In this document: positions 37,612-47,572 of the stretch, in pieces
Layout of the letters: the number at the start of each line of letters is the position of its first letter
Position numbering within the stretch: the first letter of the stretch is position 1
Source: an uncultured Dehalococcoidales bacterium
GTDB lineage: Bacteria; Chloroflexota; Dehalococcoidia; Dehalococcoidales; UBA5760
DNA length: 64,000 nucleotides
Direction of reading: 5' to 3'
NCBI GenBank assembly: GCA_964472625.1
Contig: CAYYLM010000006.1
Location: 1,315 to 65,314, forward strand
Position numbers and translations under genes: made by a program
Notes under the pieces: generated by a model
The model's database searches: none
What the model was told of the DNA's origin: nothing
What the model saw: only the letters and a program-made list of their open reading frames with translations

Positions 37612-39081
37612 ATGACCCAACCAGTTAGAGTGCGTTTTGCCCCCAGCCCCACCGGCTACCCCCACGTGGGCAACATGCGGACGGCTATGTTTAACTGGCT
37701 TCTGGCCCGGCACACGGGGGGGAAGTTTATCCTCCGCATTGAGGATACCGATGTTGCCCGCAAAGTTAAAGGAGCGCTTGAGGCTATCCTCGACGGTCTT
37801 AAGTGGCTGGGGCTTGACTGGGATGAGGGCCCGGAGGTGGGGGGGCCGTACGGCCCCTACTTCCAGTCGCAGCGCCTGCCTTTATACCGGGAGGCGGCGG
37901 AGCGGCTGATTTCTCAAGGGGATGCCTACTACTGCTATTGCTCGGCGGAGCGTCTTGAGGAGATGCGTGCCGAGCAGACAAGGCGCAAGTGGGCGCCGGG
38001 ATACGACCGCCGCTGCCGCGATTTAGCTCCGGAGGAAAGAGCGCAGCGGGAGAAAGAGGGCGTCACGCCGGTAGTCCGCTTTAAGGTGCCGCTTGAGGGG
38101 CAGACCCGGTTTAACGACCTCATCTGGGGGGAGGTGGTCTTTGAGAACGCCACCATTGATGATTTTGTGCTCCTTAAGTCTGACGGCTACCCCACCTATC
38201 ATCTGGCTAACGTGGTTGACGATAGCACCATGAAGGTTAGCCACGTCATCCGGGCTGAGGAGTGGATCTCCAGTACCCCGCGCCACATGCTCCTCTATCG
38301 AGCTCTGGAGCTTGAGCCGCCGCAGTTTGTCCATCACCCAATGATACTCGGCCCTGATCGGTCTAAGCTCAGCAAGCGGCATGGCGCGGTCTCTATCCTT
38401 GAGTACCGTAAGCGGGGCTACCTGCCGGAGACAATGTTCAATTTCCTCTCCCTAATCGGCTGGTCTCTGGATGACAAGACCGAGATCATGTCACGGGAGG
38501 AGCTCGTAGATAACTTCTCCCTGGAGCGAATCAGCAAGACCGGGGCCATTTTCAACCGGGATAAGCTCGAGTGGATGAATGGTGTTTACCTGCGGCAGTT
38601 AAGTCACGAAGATTTATTGCTAAAAATCATGCCGTTTTTGGAGAGCGGATTGCCGAAGGAGATAAAGCGGCCTATATCGAAAGAATACGTGAGTCTTTTT
38701 TTACCACTGATTCGGGAGCGGATAAACACACTGGCGGAGGCTGCCAAATATGCTGACTTCTTCTTTCTCGATAAACTGGAATATGACGCATCATTGCTGG
38801 TGTGTAAGAAGATGACGGTGGCAACTACACTCAGGGCACTGAAAGCCGCTCAAGAAAAAATATCCTCACTGGAAAGCTTTAACCATGATTTGCTAGAAGG
38901 TACGCTTCGGTCTCTAGCTGAGGAACTAAGGATCAAGGCGGGGCAACTTTTCAACCCACTTCGGGTAGCTACTACCGGCCGCACTGCTGCACCTCCCCTC
39001 TTTGAGACGATGGTGGTACTGGGTAAAGAAAGATGTTTGAAGAGGATTAGGGTTGCGGTGGGAAAGCTAGAAAACAACTGA
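37612..39081 (+). CDS. gltX: Glutamyl-tRNA synthetase (compositionally mosaic: 3' third is low GC)
   Basis: FAPSPTGYPHVGNMRTA (HIGH), LSKRHG (KMSKS). GC falls from ~63% to ~40-45% at about 38580-38600. Confidence 0.95.
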   Translation: MTQPVRVRFAPSPTGYPHVGNMRTAMFNWLLARHTGGKFILRIEDTDVARKVKGALEAILDGLKWLGLDWDEGPEVGGPYGPYFQSQRLPLYREAAERLISQGDAYYCYCSAERLEEMRAEQTRRKWAPGYDRRCRDLAPEERAQREKEGVTPVVRFKVPLEGQTRFNDLIWGEVVFENATIDDFVLLKSDGYPTYHLANVVDDSTMKVSHVIRAEEWISSTPRHMLLYRALELEPPQFVHHPMILGPDRSKLSKRHGAVSILEYRKRGYLPETMFNFLSLIGWSLDDKTEIMSREELVDNFSLERISKTGAIFNRDKLEWMNGVYLRQLSHEDLLLKIMPFLESGLPKEIKRPISKEYVSLFLPLIRERINTLAEAAKYADFFFLDKLEYDASLLVCKKMTVATTLRALKAAQEKISSLESFNHDLLEGTLRSLAEELRIKAGQLFNPLRVATTGRTAAPPLFETMVVLGKERCLKRIRVAVGKLENN

Positions 39082-39143
39082 AGTTTACTGAGAATGTCAG
39101 CGAATTATTCTGAGAAGAGTGGAGAAATTAATAGGACGGTTCC

Positions 39144-40844
39144 ATGAATATGACCACAAACAATGTTGAACTACCCCGCGATTTCATCCGGGATGTTATT
39201 AATAATGACCTCCGAACGAATAAATACGGCGGTAGGGTTCATACCAGATTTCCTCCAGAGCCGAACGGCTATCTACACATCGGACACGCCAAGTCCATCT
39301 GCCTCAATTTCGGTATCGCCGTTGAATTCAGCGGCTTCTGCAATCTGCGGTTCGATGATACCAATCCCATCAAGGAAGAACAGGAATATATTAACTCAAT
39401 CATCGAAGATGTTCGCTGGCTGGGATTTGACTGGGGGGATCGGCTATACTACGCCTCGGACTACTTTGAGCAGATGTACGAATATGCCGTGCAGTTGATT
39501 GAAGCTGGTAATGCTTACGTTGATGAAATGAGTGTGGAGGAGATCAGGGAATACCGTGGCACCTTAACTCAGCTGGGCAGACATAGTCCGTACCGGGACC
39601 GTTCAATCGAGGAAAATCTCGACTTGTTCAGTCGCATGCGGGCCGGCGAATTCCCGGAAGGTTCACATGTGCTCCGAGCGAAAATTGACATGGCTTCTCG
39701 GAATTTGAATATGCGTGATCCGGTCATGTATCGCATTCTGTACTCAGAGCACCCCCGTACGGGCGATAAGTGGTGCATCTATCCGATGTACGACTGGGCC
39801 CATGGCCTTGAGGATTCCATCGAAAGAATTACCCATTCCATCTGTACATTGGAATTTGAAGATCATCGTCCGCTATATGACTGGTTCTTGGACAAGTTGG
39901 GCGTCTATCATCCCCAGCAGATCGAGTTTGCCCGACTCAATCTCACCTACACCGTGATGAGCAAGCGCATGCTTCTGGAACTGGTACGGGAAGGGCATGT
40001 GAGTGGGTGGGATGATCCACGGATGCCGACGATATCGGGTTTACGCAGACGTGGCTACACACCAGAGTCCATCCGTAACTTTTGTCGGCGCATTGGAGTG
40101 GCGAAAACCGGCAGTACGATCGATATTGCCTTACTTGAGCATAGCCTGCGCGAGGATTTGAACAAGAAGGCTCAACGTGTTATGGGAATATTGCGCCCAC
40201 TGCGCGTGGTTATTGATAACTATCCAGAAGGCCAAGTGGAAGAATTAGATGCGGTGAATAATCCCGAGGACCCCGGCGCAGGAAAGCGAAAGGTACCCTT
40301 TTCGCGTGTGCTATATATTGAACGAGAGGATTTTCGCGAAGACCCACCGAAAAAGTTCTTCCGTCTGGCGCCAGGTCGTGAGGTACGACTGAGATACGCT
40401 TACTTTATCACTTGTGTGGATGTGTTGAAGGAAGAACAAAGCGGAGAGATAGTCGAGCTTCACTGCACTTATGATCCAGCCACGCGGGGTGGTGATTCCC
40501 CGGATGGACGGAAGGTCAAAGCAACGTTGCACTGGGTTTCGGCTGAGCACGCAGTCGAGGCTGAAGTACGCTTGTACGATCATTTATTCAGTAAGGAAGA
40601 CCCAACTGATGTGGAGGATGGGGCTGATTTCAAGGCTTATTTGAACCCCAATTCCTTGGAGATACTAACCTCGTGCCGTGTTGAACCTAGTCTTGTCGGT
40701 GCAACACCCGGGAGTCGGTACCAATTCGAGAGGCAGGGCTATTTCTGCGTCGATCCCGATTCATCTGCTGGGAAAATCGTGTTCAATCAGACGGTGTCGT
40801 TACGGGATACCTGGGCTAAAATAGAGAAGCAAGAAAATAAATGA
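39144..40844 (+). CDS. glnS: Glutaminyl-tRNA synthetase
   Basis: [17 protein letters not shown] (HIGH), TVMSKR (KMSKS), C-terminal beta-barrel anticodon-binding region. Low GC relative to the core. Confidence 0.9.
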   Translation: MNMTTNNVELPRDFIRDVINNDLRTNKYGGRVHTRFPPEPNGYLHIGHAKSICLNFGIAVEFSGFCNLRFDDTNPIKEEQEYINSIIEDVRWLGFDWGDRLYYASDYFEQMYEYAVQLIEAGNAYVDEMSVEEIREYRGTLTQLGRHSPYRDRSIEENLDLFSRMRAGEFPEGSHVLRAKIDMASRNLNMRDPVMYRILYSEHPRTGDKWCIYPMYDWAHGLEDSIERITHSICTLEFEDHRPLYDWFLDKLGVYHPQQIEFARLNLTYTVMSKRMLLELVREGHVSGWDDPRMPTISGLRRRGYTPESIRNFCRRIGVAKTGSTIDIALLEHSLREDLNKKAQRVMGILRPLRVVIDNYPEGQVEELDAVNNPEDPGAGKRKVPFSRVLYIEREDFREDPPKKFFRLAPGREVRLRYAYFITCVDVLKEEQSGEIVELHCTYDPATRGGDSPDGRKVKATLHWVSAEHAVEAEVRLYDHLFSKEDPTDVEDGADFKAYLNPNSLEILTSCRVEPSLVGATPGSRYQFERQGYFCVDPDSSAGKIVFNQTVSLRDTWAKIEKQENK

Positions 40845-41010
40845 ATTGCGCTGCTGGGGCTGAAGACGGGGCAGCTTTTCGGCACCTTGCGGGTAGCCGT
40901 TACTGGGCGCACCGTGGCCCCCGCCCTTGTTTGAAACCATTTCGGTCTTGGGTAAGCAGCGGTGCCTTAGGCGCATTGAAGCTGCGCTAAATAAGCTACG
41001 GCAAAAGTAA
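40845..41010 (+). pseudogene. gltX: Relic of the original gltX 3' end, frameshifted
   Basis: Translates as ...LGLKTGQLFGTLRVAVTGRTVAP, then (+1 shift at C5 run 40918-40922) PLFETISVLGKQRCLRRIEAALNKLRQK*. This parallels the intact GluRS C-terminus at 38930-39081. GC-rich like the host, and followed by the RBS/start of the next gene. Confidence 0.8.
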
Positions 41011-41022
41011 AGGAGGTAACTA

Positions 41023-41589
41023 GTGAAGGCGATTGCTATTGTGGGTAGCCCGAGGAAGAAAGGGAACACGGAAATTCTGGCGAGACACGCTCTCAAGGCA
41101 ATTGAGGAGGAGGGGCTTGATGCTGAGCTGGTAAGCTTGGCCGGCCTGGAGATCAAGCCGTGTACTGCCTGTATGGCCTGTAAGAAGGAGGAGCAGTGCC
41201 CCATTGATGATGACCTGTTCCCAATTTATCTCAAGATGAAAGAGTCTGATGCCATAATTTTTGCCTCGCCGGTGTACTTTGGTTCGGCGACCGCCTTGAT
41301 AAAGGCTTTAATGGAGAGGGCGGGCTATATTGCCTATTTCAACGGCCGGCCATTTGAGCGGAAGGTGGGTGGCTCCCTAGTGGTGGCGCGCCGGGCAGGC
41401 AAGAACTTCACCTTTGCCCAGCTTAACTACTGGTTTCAGATTATGGGCTGTTTTACCCCTGGCTCAACCTACTGGAATGTTGCTTTTGGTCACGGGAAGG
41501 GTGAGGTTACCAAGGATGAAGAGGGCTTGGAAGCGGTCTGGAACTTCGGTAAGAACGTTGCCTTGCTGGTTGAAAAGCTGAGGGCGTAG
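41023..41589 (+). CDS. Iron-sulfur flavoprotein (Isf)-like NADPH-dependent FMN reductase family protein
   Basis: IVGSPRKKGNT, plus the compact Cys motif CTACMACKKEEQC (Cx2Cx2Cx5C). GTG start after AGGAGG. Confidence 0.75.
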   Translation: MKAIAIVGSPRKKGNTEILARHALKAIEEEGLDAELVSLAGLEIKPCTACMACKKEEQCPIDDDLFPIYLKMKESDAIIFASPVYFGSATALIKALMERAGYIAYFNGRPFERKVGGSLVVARRAGKNFTFAQLNYWFQIMGCFTPGSTYWNVAFGHGKGEVTKDEEGLEAVWNFGKNVALLVEKLRA

Positions 41590-41600
41590 CTTGATTCAAA

Positions 41601-42176
41601 GTGGATAGATACCCGCTCAAGAAGTATCCCATAGTCGGGGCCTGCGGTCTTGACTGTGGCCTCTGCCCGAGACACTACACTGAGGGGACATCAAGGTGCC
41701 CCGGCTGCTGTGGCCCCGGTTTCTGGGAGAAGATGCCCGGCTGTGGCTTTATTACCTGCTGTGTCAAGAAGAAGGGTCTCGAGACCTGCGCTCAGTGTGC
41801 CGATTTTGATGATTGTGAGCGGATAGCCTGGCTTCTTGATTCGGCAAAGAGTAAAGACTCCTTCATTTCGCACCGCCCGATTGAGGCTAACCTTCTCTTC
41901 ATCCGTGAGCGTGGCATTAAGGAATTTGCCCGACTGGAGCTTGAAAAGCAGGAATTCCTCAGGCATCTCCTGGCTAACTACGACGAAGGTCGCTCCAAGA
42001 GCTTTTACTGCACCAGCTGCCAGCTTGTGCCGCTTGATAGGTTAAAGGAAGCGCTTAAGGAGGTGGAGGCAGAGGTAACCCAGTATACTCCCCTCAAAGA
42101 AAAGGCTAAGGCTCTCAGGGCGGCGATTAGCAACATGGCGGAGAGGTTGGGGATTGATTTAAGGCTGAGGAAGTGA
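41601..42176 (+). CDS. DUF3795-type Cys-rich protein
   Basis: CGLDCGLCPRHY...CPGCCG...CCVKKGLETCAQCADFDDC. Confidence 0.65.
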   Translation: MDRYPLKKYPIVGACGLDCGLCPRHYTEGTSRCPGCCGPGFWEKMPGCGFITCCVKKKGLETCAQCADFDDCERIAWLLDSAKSKDSFISHRPIEANLLFIRERGIKEFARLELEKQEFLRHLLANYDEGRSKSFYCTSCQLVPLDRLKEALKEVEAEVTQYTPLKEKAKALRAAISNMAERLGIDLRLRK

Positions 42177-42195
42177 CCTGTATCCCCAAGACTTT

Positions 42196-43026
42196 TTAAG
42201 CACCTGATAAATTAGGCTGGCACTTGGGGCAGAAGTAGGTGCCCCGGTTGCGCACTACTATCCTTTCAATCGGTGTGCCGCACCGCAGGCAGAACTTGCC
42301 CCCCAGCCTGTGGGCGACCCGAAACTTGAAGTGCGCTGTGCCCAGTCCCCCGCCGGGGCGGAAGTAGTTCTCCACGCTGGCTCCTTTATTGCCGATGGCT
42401 GCCCACAGCACCTCGCTAATCGCCTTATGAAGCCTTTTTATCTCTTGCTGGGACAGGCTTGATGCCGGCCTCAGGGGGTGGATTTTGGCATCATATAGGG
42501 CTTCATCGGCATACATATTACCAATGCCAGCGATGAAGTTCTGGTCGAGGAGGAGGGGTTTTATCGGCGCCTTACGGCTATAGAGCCTCTCCGCCAGGGC
42601 TTGAGCGGTGAAGTCTTCGTCCAGAGGTTCGGGGCCAAGCTTTTTTACCACGCTGCTTGCGTCGGCCACCAGCCACATCGCCCCGAACTTGCGCGGGTCG
42701 CGAAAGCGAAGCTGATAGTTGTTATCTAGGTGAAGTATGGCGCGGATGAATTTATCAGGCTCATCTGAGGCATGATTAAGCAGTAGTGAGCCGGTCATCT
42801 TGAGGTGGATAATCAGAGCCTCACCGCTGCTCAGGCTAAAAATGAGGTATTTGCCGCGCCGGCTAATCCAGGTTACTCCCTGCCCGACAAGGCGGTTACA
42901 GAAATCCTCCGGTGAGGGCTGCTTGACGATTCCTTCCCAGCCGAGGGTAACCCCAGCCACCCGACGACCGACCACGTGCGGCATAAGCTCATTCTTTATC
43001 GTTTCTACTTCTGGAAGCTCGGGCAT
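42196..43026 (-). CDS. mutM: Formamidopyrimidine-DNA glycosylase
   Basis: MPELPEVETI N-terminus, H2TH region, C-terminal zinc finger CLRCG...CPKCQ. Confidence 0.9.
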   Translation of the reverse strand: MPELPEVETIKNELMPHVVGRRVAGVTLGWEGIVKQPSPEDFCNRLVGQGVTWISRRGKYLIFSLSSGEALIIHLKMTGSLLLNHASDEPDKFIRAILHLDNNYQLRFRDPRKFGAMWLVADASSVVKKLGPEPLDEDFTAQALAERLYSRKAPIKPLLLDQNFIAGIGNMYADEALYDAKIHPLRPASSLSQQEIKRLHKAISEVLWAAIGNKGASVENYFRPGGGLGTAHFKFRVAHRLGGKFCLRCGTPIERIVVRNRGTYFCPKCQPNLSGA

Positions 43027-43073
43027 CGGTATGGTTCTCCTTGACTTTCACCAATATAGCGTTCAGTAGTTTA

Positions 43074-45803
43074 TCAGGACTCCATCTCTCCCCAGTTAGT
43101 GCCGGTTTTGATATCCACCTTGAGCGGAACGCTCAGGGCTAGAGCCGTGCTCATTACCTCGGGCACAAGCTCACGCATTATCTCCATCTCCTCCTGGGGC
43201 ACCTCGAAGATAAGCTCGTCATGAACCTGAAGTAGCATCTTACTCCTGAGCTTTTGCTGGCTTATCTCACGGTCAAGGTTAATCATGGCTATCTTGATGA
43301 TATCGGCGGATGTCCCCTGCACGGGCATGTTTATCGCCATCCGTTCCGCAGCTTCTCGCACCTGCCGGTTTGCGGCGTTAATCTCCGGGATATGGCGTCT
43401 CCTGCCCAGTATCGTTTGGACGTAGCCCGACCGGCGGGCCTCGGTTTTGGTCGTCTCCAGGTAGGCTTTTATGCCGGGGTATTTCTCAAAGTAGGCGGCG
43501 ATAAACTGGGCTGCCTCCTGACGGGAGAGCTCGGTAGCCTGCTGTAGCCCGTAGTCGCTCATGCCGTAGATAACCCCGAAGTTAACTGTCTTGGCCAGGC
43601 GGCGCATCTCTGGAGTTACCTTTGTAGGTGCCACGCTAAAGAGCTGGGCGGCGGTAGCCGCGTGAATATCGGCATCCTGCTGGAAGGCTATTGTCAGGCC
43701 TGGGTCCTGAGACAGGTGGGCTAGGGCGCGCAGGTCAATCTGCGAGTAGTCTCCGGCTAGAAGGTAGCTGCCGGGCGGGGCGATAAAGGCCTCCCTAATT
43801 TCTTTTGCCATTTCGCCGCGGATCGGTATGTTCTGCAAATTGGGCTCGCTGGAGGAGAGCCGTCCGGTGGCGGTTCGGGTCTGATTAAAGCTGGTGTGCA
43901 CCCGACCGGTCTTCGGGTTTACCAGTGCCGGCAGGGCGTCGATATAGGTTGATTTGAGCTTGCTGAGCTGCCGGTAGTCCAGGACTAGCTCGATTACCGG
44001 GTGCACGCCGCGTAGTTCCTCAAGAACGGCGGCGCCGGTACCGTAGCCGCTCTTAGTCTTTTTGGCTGGGGGTAGTCTCAGCTCCTCAAACAGGACCGAG
44101 CCTAGCTGCTGGGGGGAGTTTACGTTGAAGCGGTGGCCTATGCTGTTATAGATTGCTGCCTCCAGGCTGAGCAGTTGCTCGCCGAGGCGGTGGGCCATCT
44201 GCCTCAGCAGTTCTACATCTAGGGCAACGCCGTTTCTCTCCATAGTGACCAGAACGGGTACCAGGGGCATCTCGACCTCTGAGAAAAGCTGCCACAGTCC
44301 CTGCTTACGTAGCTCTGGCTCTAGCAGTCCCGCCAGCTGTCCGGTGATGTCGGCATCGGCGCACGCGTAGCTGGCGGCTTCCTTGACCGGCACCTCGGCC
44401 ATGGAGCGCTGCTTGGCGCCGGTGCCAATAAGGTCGCTGATAGGTGTCATCTCGATACCCAGCCGGCTGAAGCCAAGCGTCTTCAGGCTCAGGGATTTCT
44501 CCCCCAGTAGGTAGGCAGCCACCATGGTGTCAAAGGCCAGATTCTTTACCGTTACCCCGCACTCAGCGAGCACGGTCATATCGTAGTTACCGTTGTGGGC
44601 TAGCTTGGGGATGGAAACATCTTCCAGCATGGGTTTCAGTCCGTCTATCACCTGTTCCCGGGGCAATTGTTCTGGTTCTCCCCAGCCCACGTGACCTACT
44701 GGAATATAGTAAGCCTCGGCTGGCTTAAGCGAAAGGGCGATGCCCACCAGCTCCGCCTTCATGGCGTCCAGGCTGGTCGTCTCCAGGTCAAAGGTAAAGG
44801 AATCGGCACCTTTAAGGCGGGCTAGGAGACCGTCGAAAGCTTGAGCCGTGCTTACCGTATGATAGGCTGGCTCAACCTTAGGTTTAATCTCAGCCTTCGG
44901 GGAGACTTCCTGGGCTTCGGCAGTCTCTTCTTTTGGTAGCTTGGTGAGGAGACTGAAAAACTCAAGCTCGCGGAAGAGTTCGGCCACCCGCTGGCGGTCA
45001 TAGTGGCTTAGGCGGCAGTTATCGAGGTGGAGGGTAACCGGAACCCCGGTTACGATGGTGGCTAGCTCCTTACTCTGGCGGGCAATCTCTTCATGCTGGC
45101 GGAGTAGCGCCTGGAGCTTGGGCGGGCTCACCTCATCTAGGTGAGCGTATATCTCCTCCACAGTGCCGAACTGCTGAATTAGCTTGGCCGCTGTTTTCTT
45201 ACCCACACCGGGAATACCCGGGATGTTGTCCGAGGGGTCGCCGACCAGTCCCTTTAGGTCGGCGATGTGCTCCGGGGCGACCCCGTATTTTTCGTTTACC
45301 TCCGCTTCATCATAGAGCGTGGTATCGCTGAAGCTTCCCCTCGGCTTGGGGTAGAGCACCTTAACCTTGGGGGACACCAGTTGCATGGTATCGGCATCGC
45401 CGGTGACGATAACGGACTCAATATCCTGCTTACTTGCCTCTCGGCTGAGGGTACCCAGAACATCATCTGCCTCATAGCCCTCGAGCTCAAAGATGGGGAT
45501 GTGGAAGGTGCTCACCAGCTCCCGTACCCGCCCTAGCTGGCTAATGAGCTCATCCGGGGCGGCCGGGCGGTGGGCTTTATAGTCGCTAAAGAGCTGGTGA
45601 CGGAAGGTGGGGGCTTTCATATCAAAGGCGACGGCACAGTGGGTGGGCTTTAGCTCGTTTATTGCCTTGAGCAGCATCAGGGTGAAGCCGTAGATGGCGC
45701 CTACCATCTCACCGGTCTTACTTACGGTTAGTGGGGGCAGGGCGTGGAAGGCACGGTGAATTAAGGCATTGCCATCAAAAAGCACCAGAAGCGGCTTTTT
45801 CAT
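43074..45803 (-). CDS. polA: DNA polymerase I
   Basis: 5'-nuclease domain (LFDGNALIHRAFHAL), 3'-5' exo-like domain, Pol A motifs (DYSQIDLRALAH, RRLAKTVNFGVIYG, QVHDELIFE). Confidence 0.95.
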   Translation of the reverse strand: MKKPLLVLFDGNALIHRAFHALPPLTVSKTGEMVGAIYGFTLMLLKAINELKPTHCAVAFDMKAPTFRHQLFSDYKAHRPAAPDELISQLGRVRELVSTFHIPIFELEGYEADDVLGTLSREASKQDIESVIVTGDADTMQLVSPKVKVLYPKPRGSFSDTTLYDEAEVNEKYGVAPEHIADLKGLVGDPSDNIPGIPGVGKKTAAKLIQQFGTVEEIYAHLDEVSPPKLQALLRQHEEIARQSKELATIVTGVPVTLHLDNCRLSHYDRQRVAELFRELEFFSLLTKLPKEETAEAQEVSPKAEIKPKVEPAYHTVSTAQAFDGLLARLKGADSFTFDLETTSLDAMKAELVGIALSLKPAEAYYIPVGHVGWGEPEQLPREQVIDGLKPMLEDVSIPKLAHNGNYDMTVLAECGVTVKNLAFDTMVAAYLLGEKSLSLKTLGFSRLGIEMTPISDLIGTGAKQRSMAEVPVKEAASYACADADITGQLAGLLEPELRKQGLWQLFSEVEMPLVPVLVTMERNGVALDVELLRQMAHRLGEQLLSLEAAIYNSIGHRFNVNSPQQLGSVLFEELRLPPAKKTKSGYGTGAAVLEELRGVHPVIELVLDYRQLSKLKSTYIDALPALVNPKTGRVHTSFNQTRTATGRLSSSEPNLQNIPIRGEMAKEIREAFIAPPGSYLLAGDYSQIDLRALAHLSQDPGLTIAFQQDADIHAATAAQLFSVAPTKVTPEMRRLAKTVNFGVIYGMSDYGLQQATELSRQEAAQFIAAYFEKYPGIKAYLETTKTEARRSGYVQTILGRRRHIPEINAANRQVREAAERMAINMPVQGTSADIIKIAMINLDREISQQKLRSKMLLQVHDELIFEVPQEEMEIMRELVPEVMSTALALSVPLKVDIKTGTNWGEMES

Positions 45804-45934
45804 AGTCTCATTATAGCAGAGTGGGATGGATTTAGCTTAGTGGGTTCTTGTAATCGGGTATTGCTGAAAGCTAGCTAATGAGGTAAAATTCTAATTCCCA
45901 GTGGTATTGTGATAGCGCGGAGGATGCCAGTATT

Positions 45935-46852
45935 ATGTTTTCCACCAAGGCGGGAGCTTCAAGACTGTTAATTGGTGCTGTCATCGCTTTGATAGCGGTT
46001 AAGGTGGTGGTCGCCTGGCTCACCGGTAGCCTCAGCGTGGTGGCTCAGGCGGCTGATAGCTGGCTTGACCTGATTGCGGGCATTGTTACCTTCCTGGCAA
46101 TTAGAATGGCAGCTAGGCCAGCCGATCAGGAACACCCCTACGGACATGGCAAGTGGGAGGACATTGCCGGAGCAGCCCAGGGCATCCTTATTATGGCCGC
46201 TGGCGGTGTCATTATCTATGCTTCGATTCGCCGTATTCTGGTGGGGGCTATTATTGAGCTAGCCGAAGTTGGGATAGTAGTGATGGCGGTTTCCATACTG
46301 GTGAGTATCCTCCTGTCGCGCCACCTGTTAAAGGTAGCCCGGGCTACCGGGTCGGTTGCCCTAGAGGCTAATGCTCGTAATATTGCCGCTGATGTCTATT
46401 CGGCGTTGGCAGTATTGGTTGGCCTGGTGGCGGTTCGCTTCACCAACCTCAGTTATATTGACGCTATTGTCGCCATTGGGGTCGCCGGCTACATCATTCA
46501 GTTGGGTTATAAAACGATATCTAAGCCGCTTTCGGGGTTAGTCGATGCTAGGCTTTCCCCAGAGCAGGAGGCGGTCATCAAAGACTGTCTTGATGGGTAT
46601 GCGGGGCAGGTGGCTGGGTTTCATAAACTGCGGACGCGCCGCTCGGGGAGTCACCACTATGTTGACCTTCATCTGGTATTTGACCGGAAAATTAGCCTGG
46701 AGCGGGCACATGAAATCTGTGACCAGATTGAGGCTGACATAAAAAATGGACTTCCCAGAAGTAGCATAATTATCCACGCTGAGCCCTGTGACGAGCGATG
46801 TGACCAGTGCTCGGCGATCTGCTCCAGTCGCAAGGATAGCCGGAAACAGTAG
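45935..46852 (+). CDS. Cation diffusion facilitator family transporter
   Basis: Six TM helices, with AADSWLDL and HPYGHGK motifs and a C-terminal cytoplasmic domain. Confidence 0.85.
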   Translation: MFSTKAGASRLLIGAVIALIAVKVVVAWLTGSLSVVAQAADSWLDLIAGIVTFLAIRMAARPADQEHPYGHGKWEDIAGAAQGILIMAAGGVIIYASIRRILVGAIIELAEVGIVVMAVSILVSILLSRHLLKVARATGSVALEANARNIAADVYSALAVLVGLVAVRFTNLSYIDAIVAIGVAGYIIQLGYKTISKPLSGLVDARLSPEQEAVIKDCLDGYAGQVAGFHKLRTRRSGSHHYVDLHLVFDRKISLERAHEICDQIEADIKNGLPRSSIIIHAEPCDERCDQCSAICSSRKDSRKQ

Positions 46853-46929
46853 CTATCTCATAACACCCTGTTTGATTGTGAGAAGGGTGGTGCCCGAGGG
46901 CTGATGGGTGAGGATGCTACTGCAAATGG

Positions 46930-47562
46930 TCAGAAGTCACTGAGCGGGGCGGTGGGGATGGCTTTTAGGAAGGAAGTATCATTATGTCTGGTGAGGACGA
47001 AGCGGTCGTCTTCACAGACGAAGGTGGTGATGGCACCAACGTCCTGCTTTATGTTCCAGAAGTGGGCATTGTCCAGCCCCAGTAAGGCGCAGATCAGAAC
47101 CTTATTCACCACGCGATGGGATACCAAGACTACCGTACCCTCATGTTGGCGCCTGACTCTGTCCACAATACCGAGGGCTCGTCTGGTGACATCATCCAGC
47201 CTTTCTCCACCTGGTATTTTCACCCGGTGTGGGTTCTTAAGCCACTCGGCATAGAGTTTTCGGTATCTCTCTTTCACCTCCTGGTGGGGCAGACCCTGCC
47301 ATTTCCCGTAGTCAAAGTCGATAAGTCCGAAAGTGGTCTTAACCTCAAGCCCGTGGTAGCTAGCAATGGCTTCGGCGGTCTTTAAGGCTCGTTTTAGCGG
47401 GCTGGAGTATATGGCCGCTATCCCTGCCTGACTAAGGTATTTGGCTAATAACTCCGCCTGCCTGGCTCCGGTTTCACTTAGCTCAATATCGGCTCTACCT
47501 CTAAAGATTTCCCGTCGGTTCCATTCGGTCTCCCCGTGCCTGACCAGAATAATCTCTATCAT
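46930..47562 (-). CDS. Histidine phosphatase (phosphoglycerate mutase) family protein
   Basis: LVRHGETEWN catalytic RHG motif. Confidence 0.8.
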   Translation of the reverse strand: MIEIILVRHGETEWNRREIFRGRADIELSETGARQAELLAKYLSQAGIAAIYSSPLKRALKTAEAIASYHGLEVKTTFGLIDFDYGKWQGLPHQEVKERYRKLYAEWLKNPHRVKIPGGERLDDVTRRALGIVDRVRRQHEGTVVLVSHRVVNKVLICALLGLDNAHFWNIKQDVGAITTFVCEDDRFVLTRHNDTSFLKAIPTAPLSDF

Positions 47563-47572
47563 CTTTGCCTCT

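Noticed and set aside
40800-41204. 134-aa minus-strand ORF spanning the glnS end, the gltX relic and the Isf-like gene start.
   Set aside because: It is antisense to three better-supported features and its sequence is low in complexity, so it is probably a shadow ORF.
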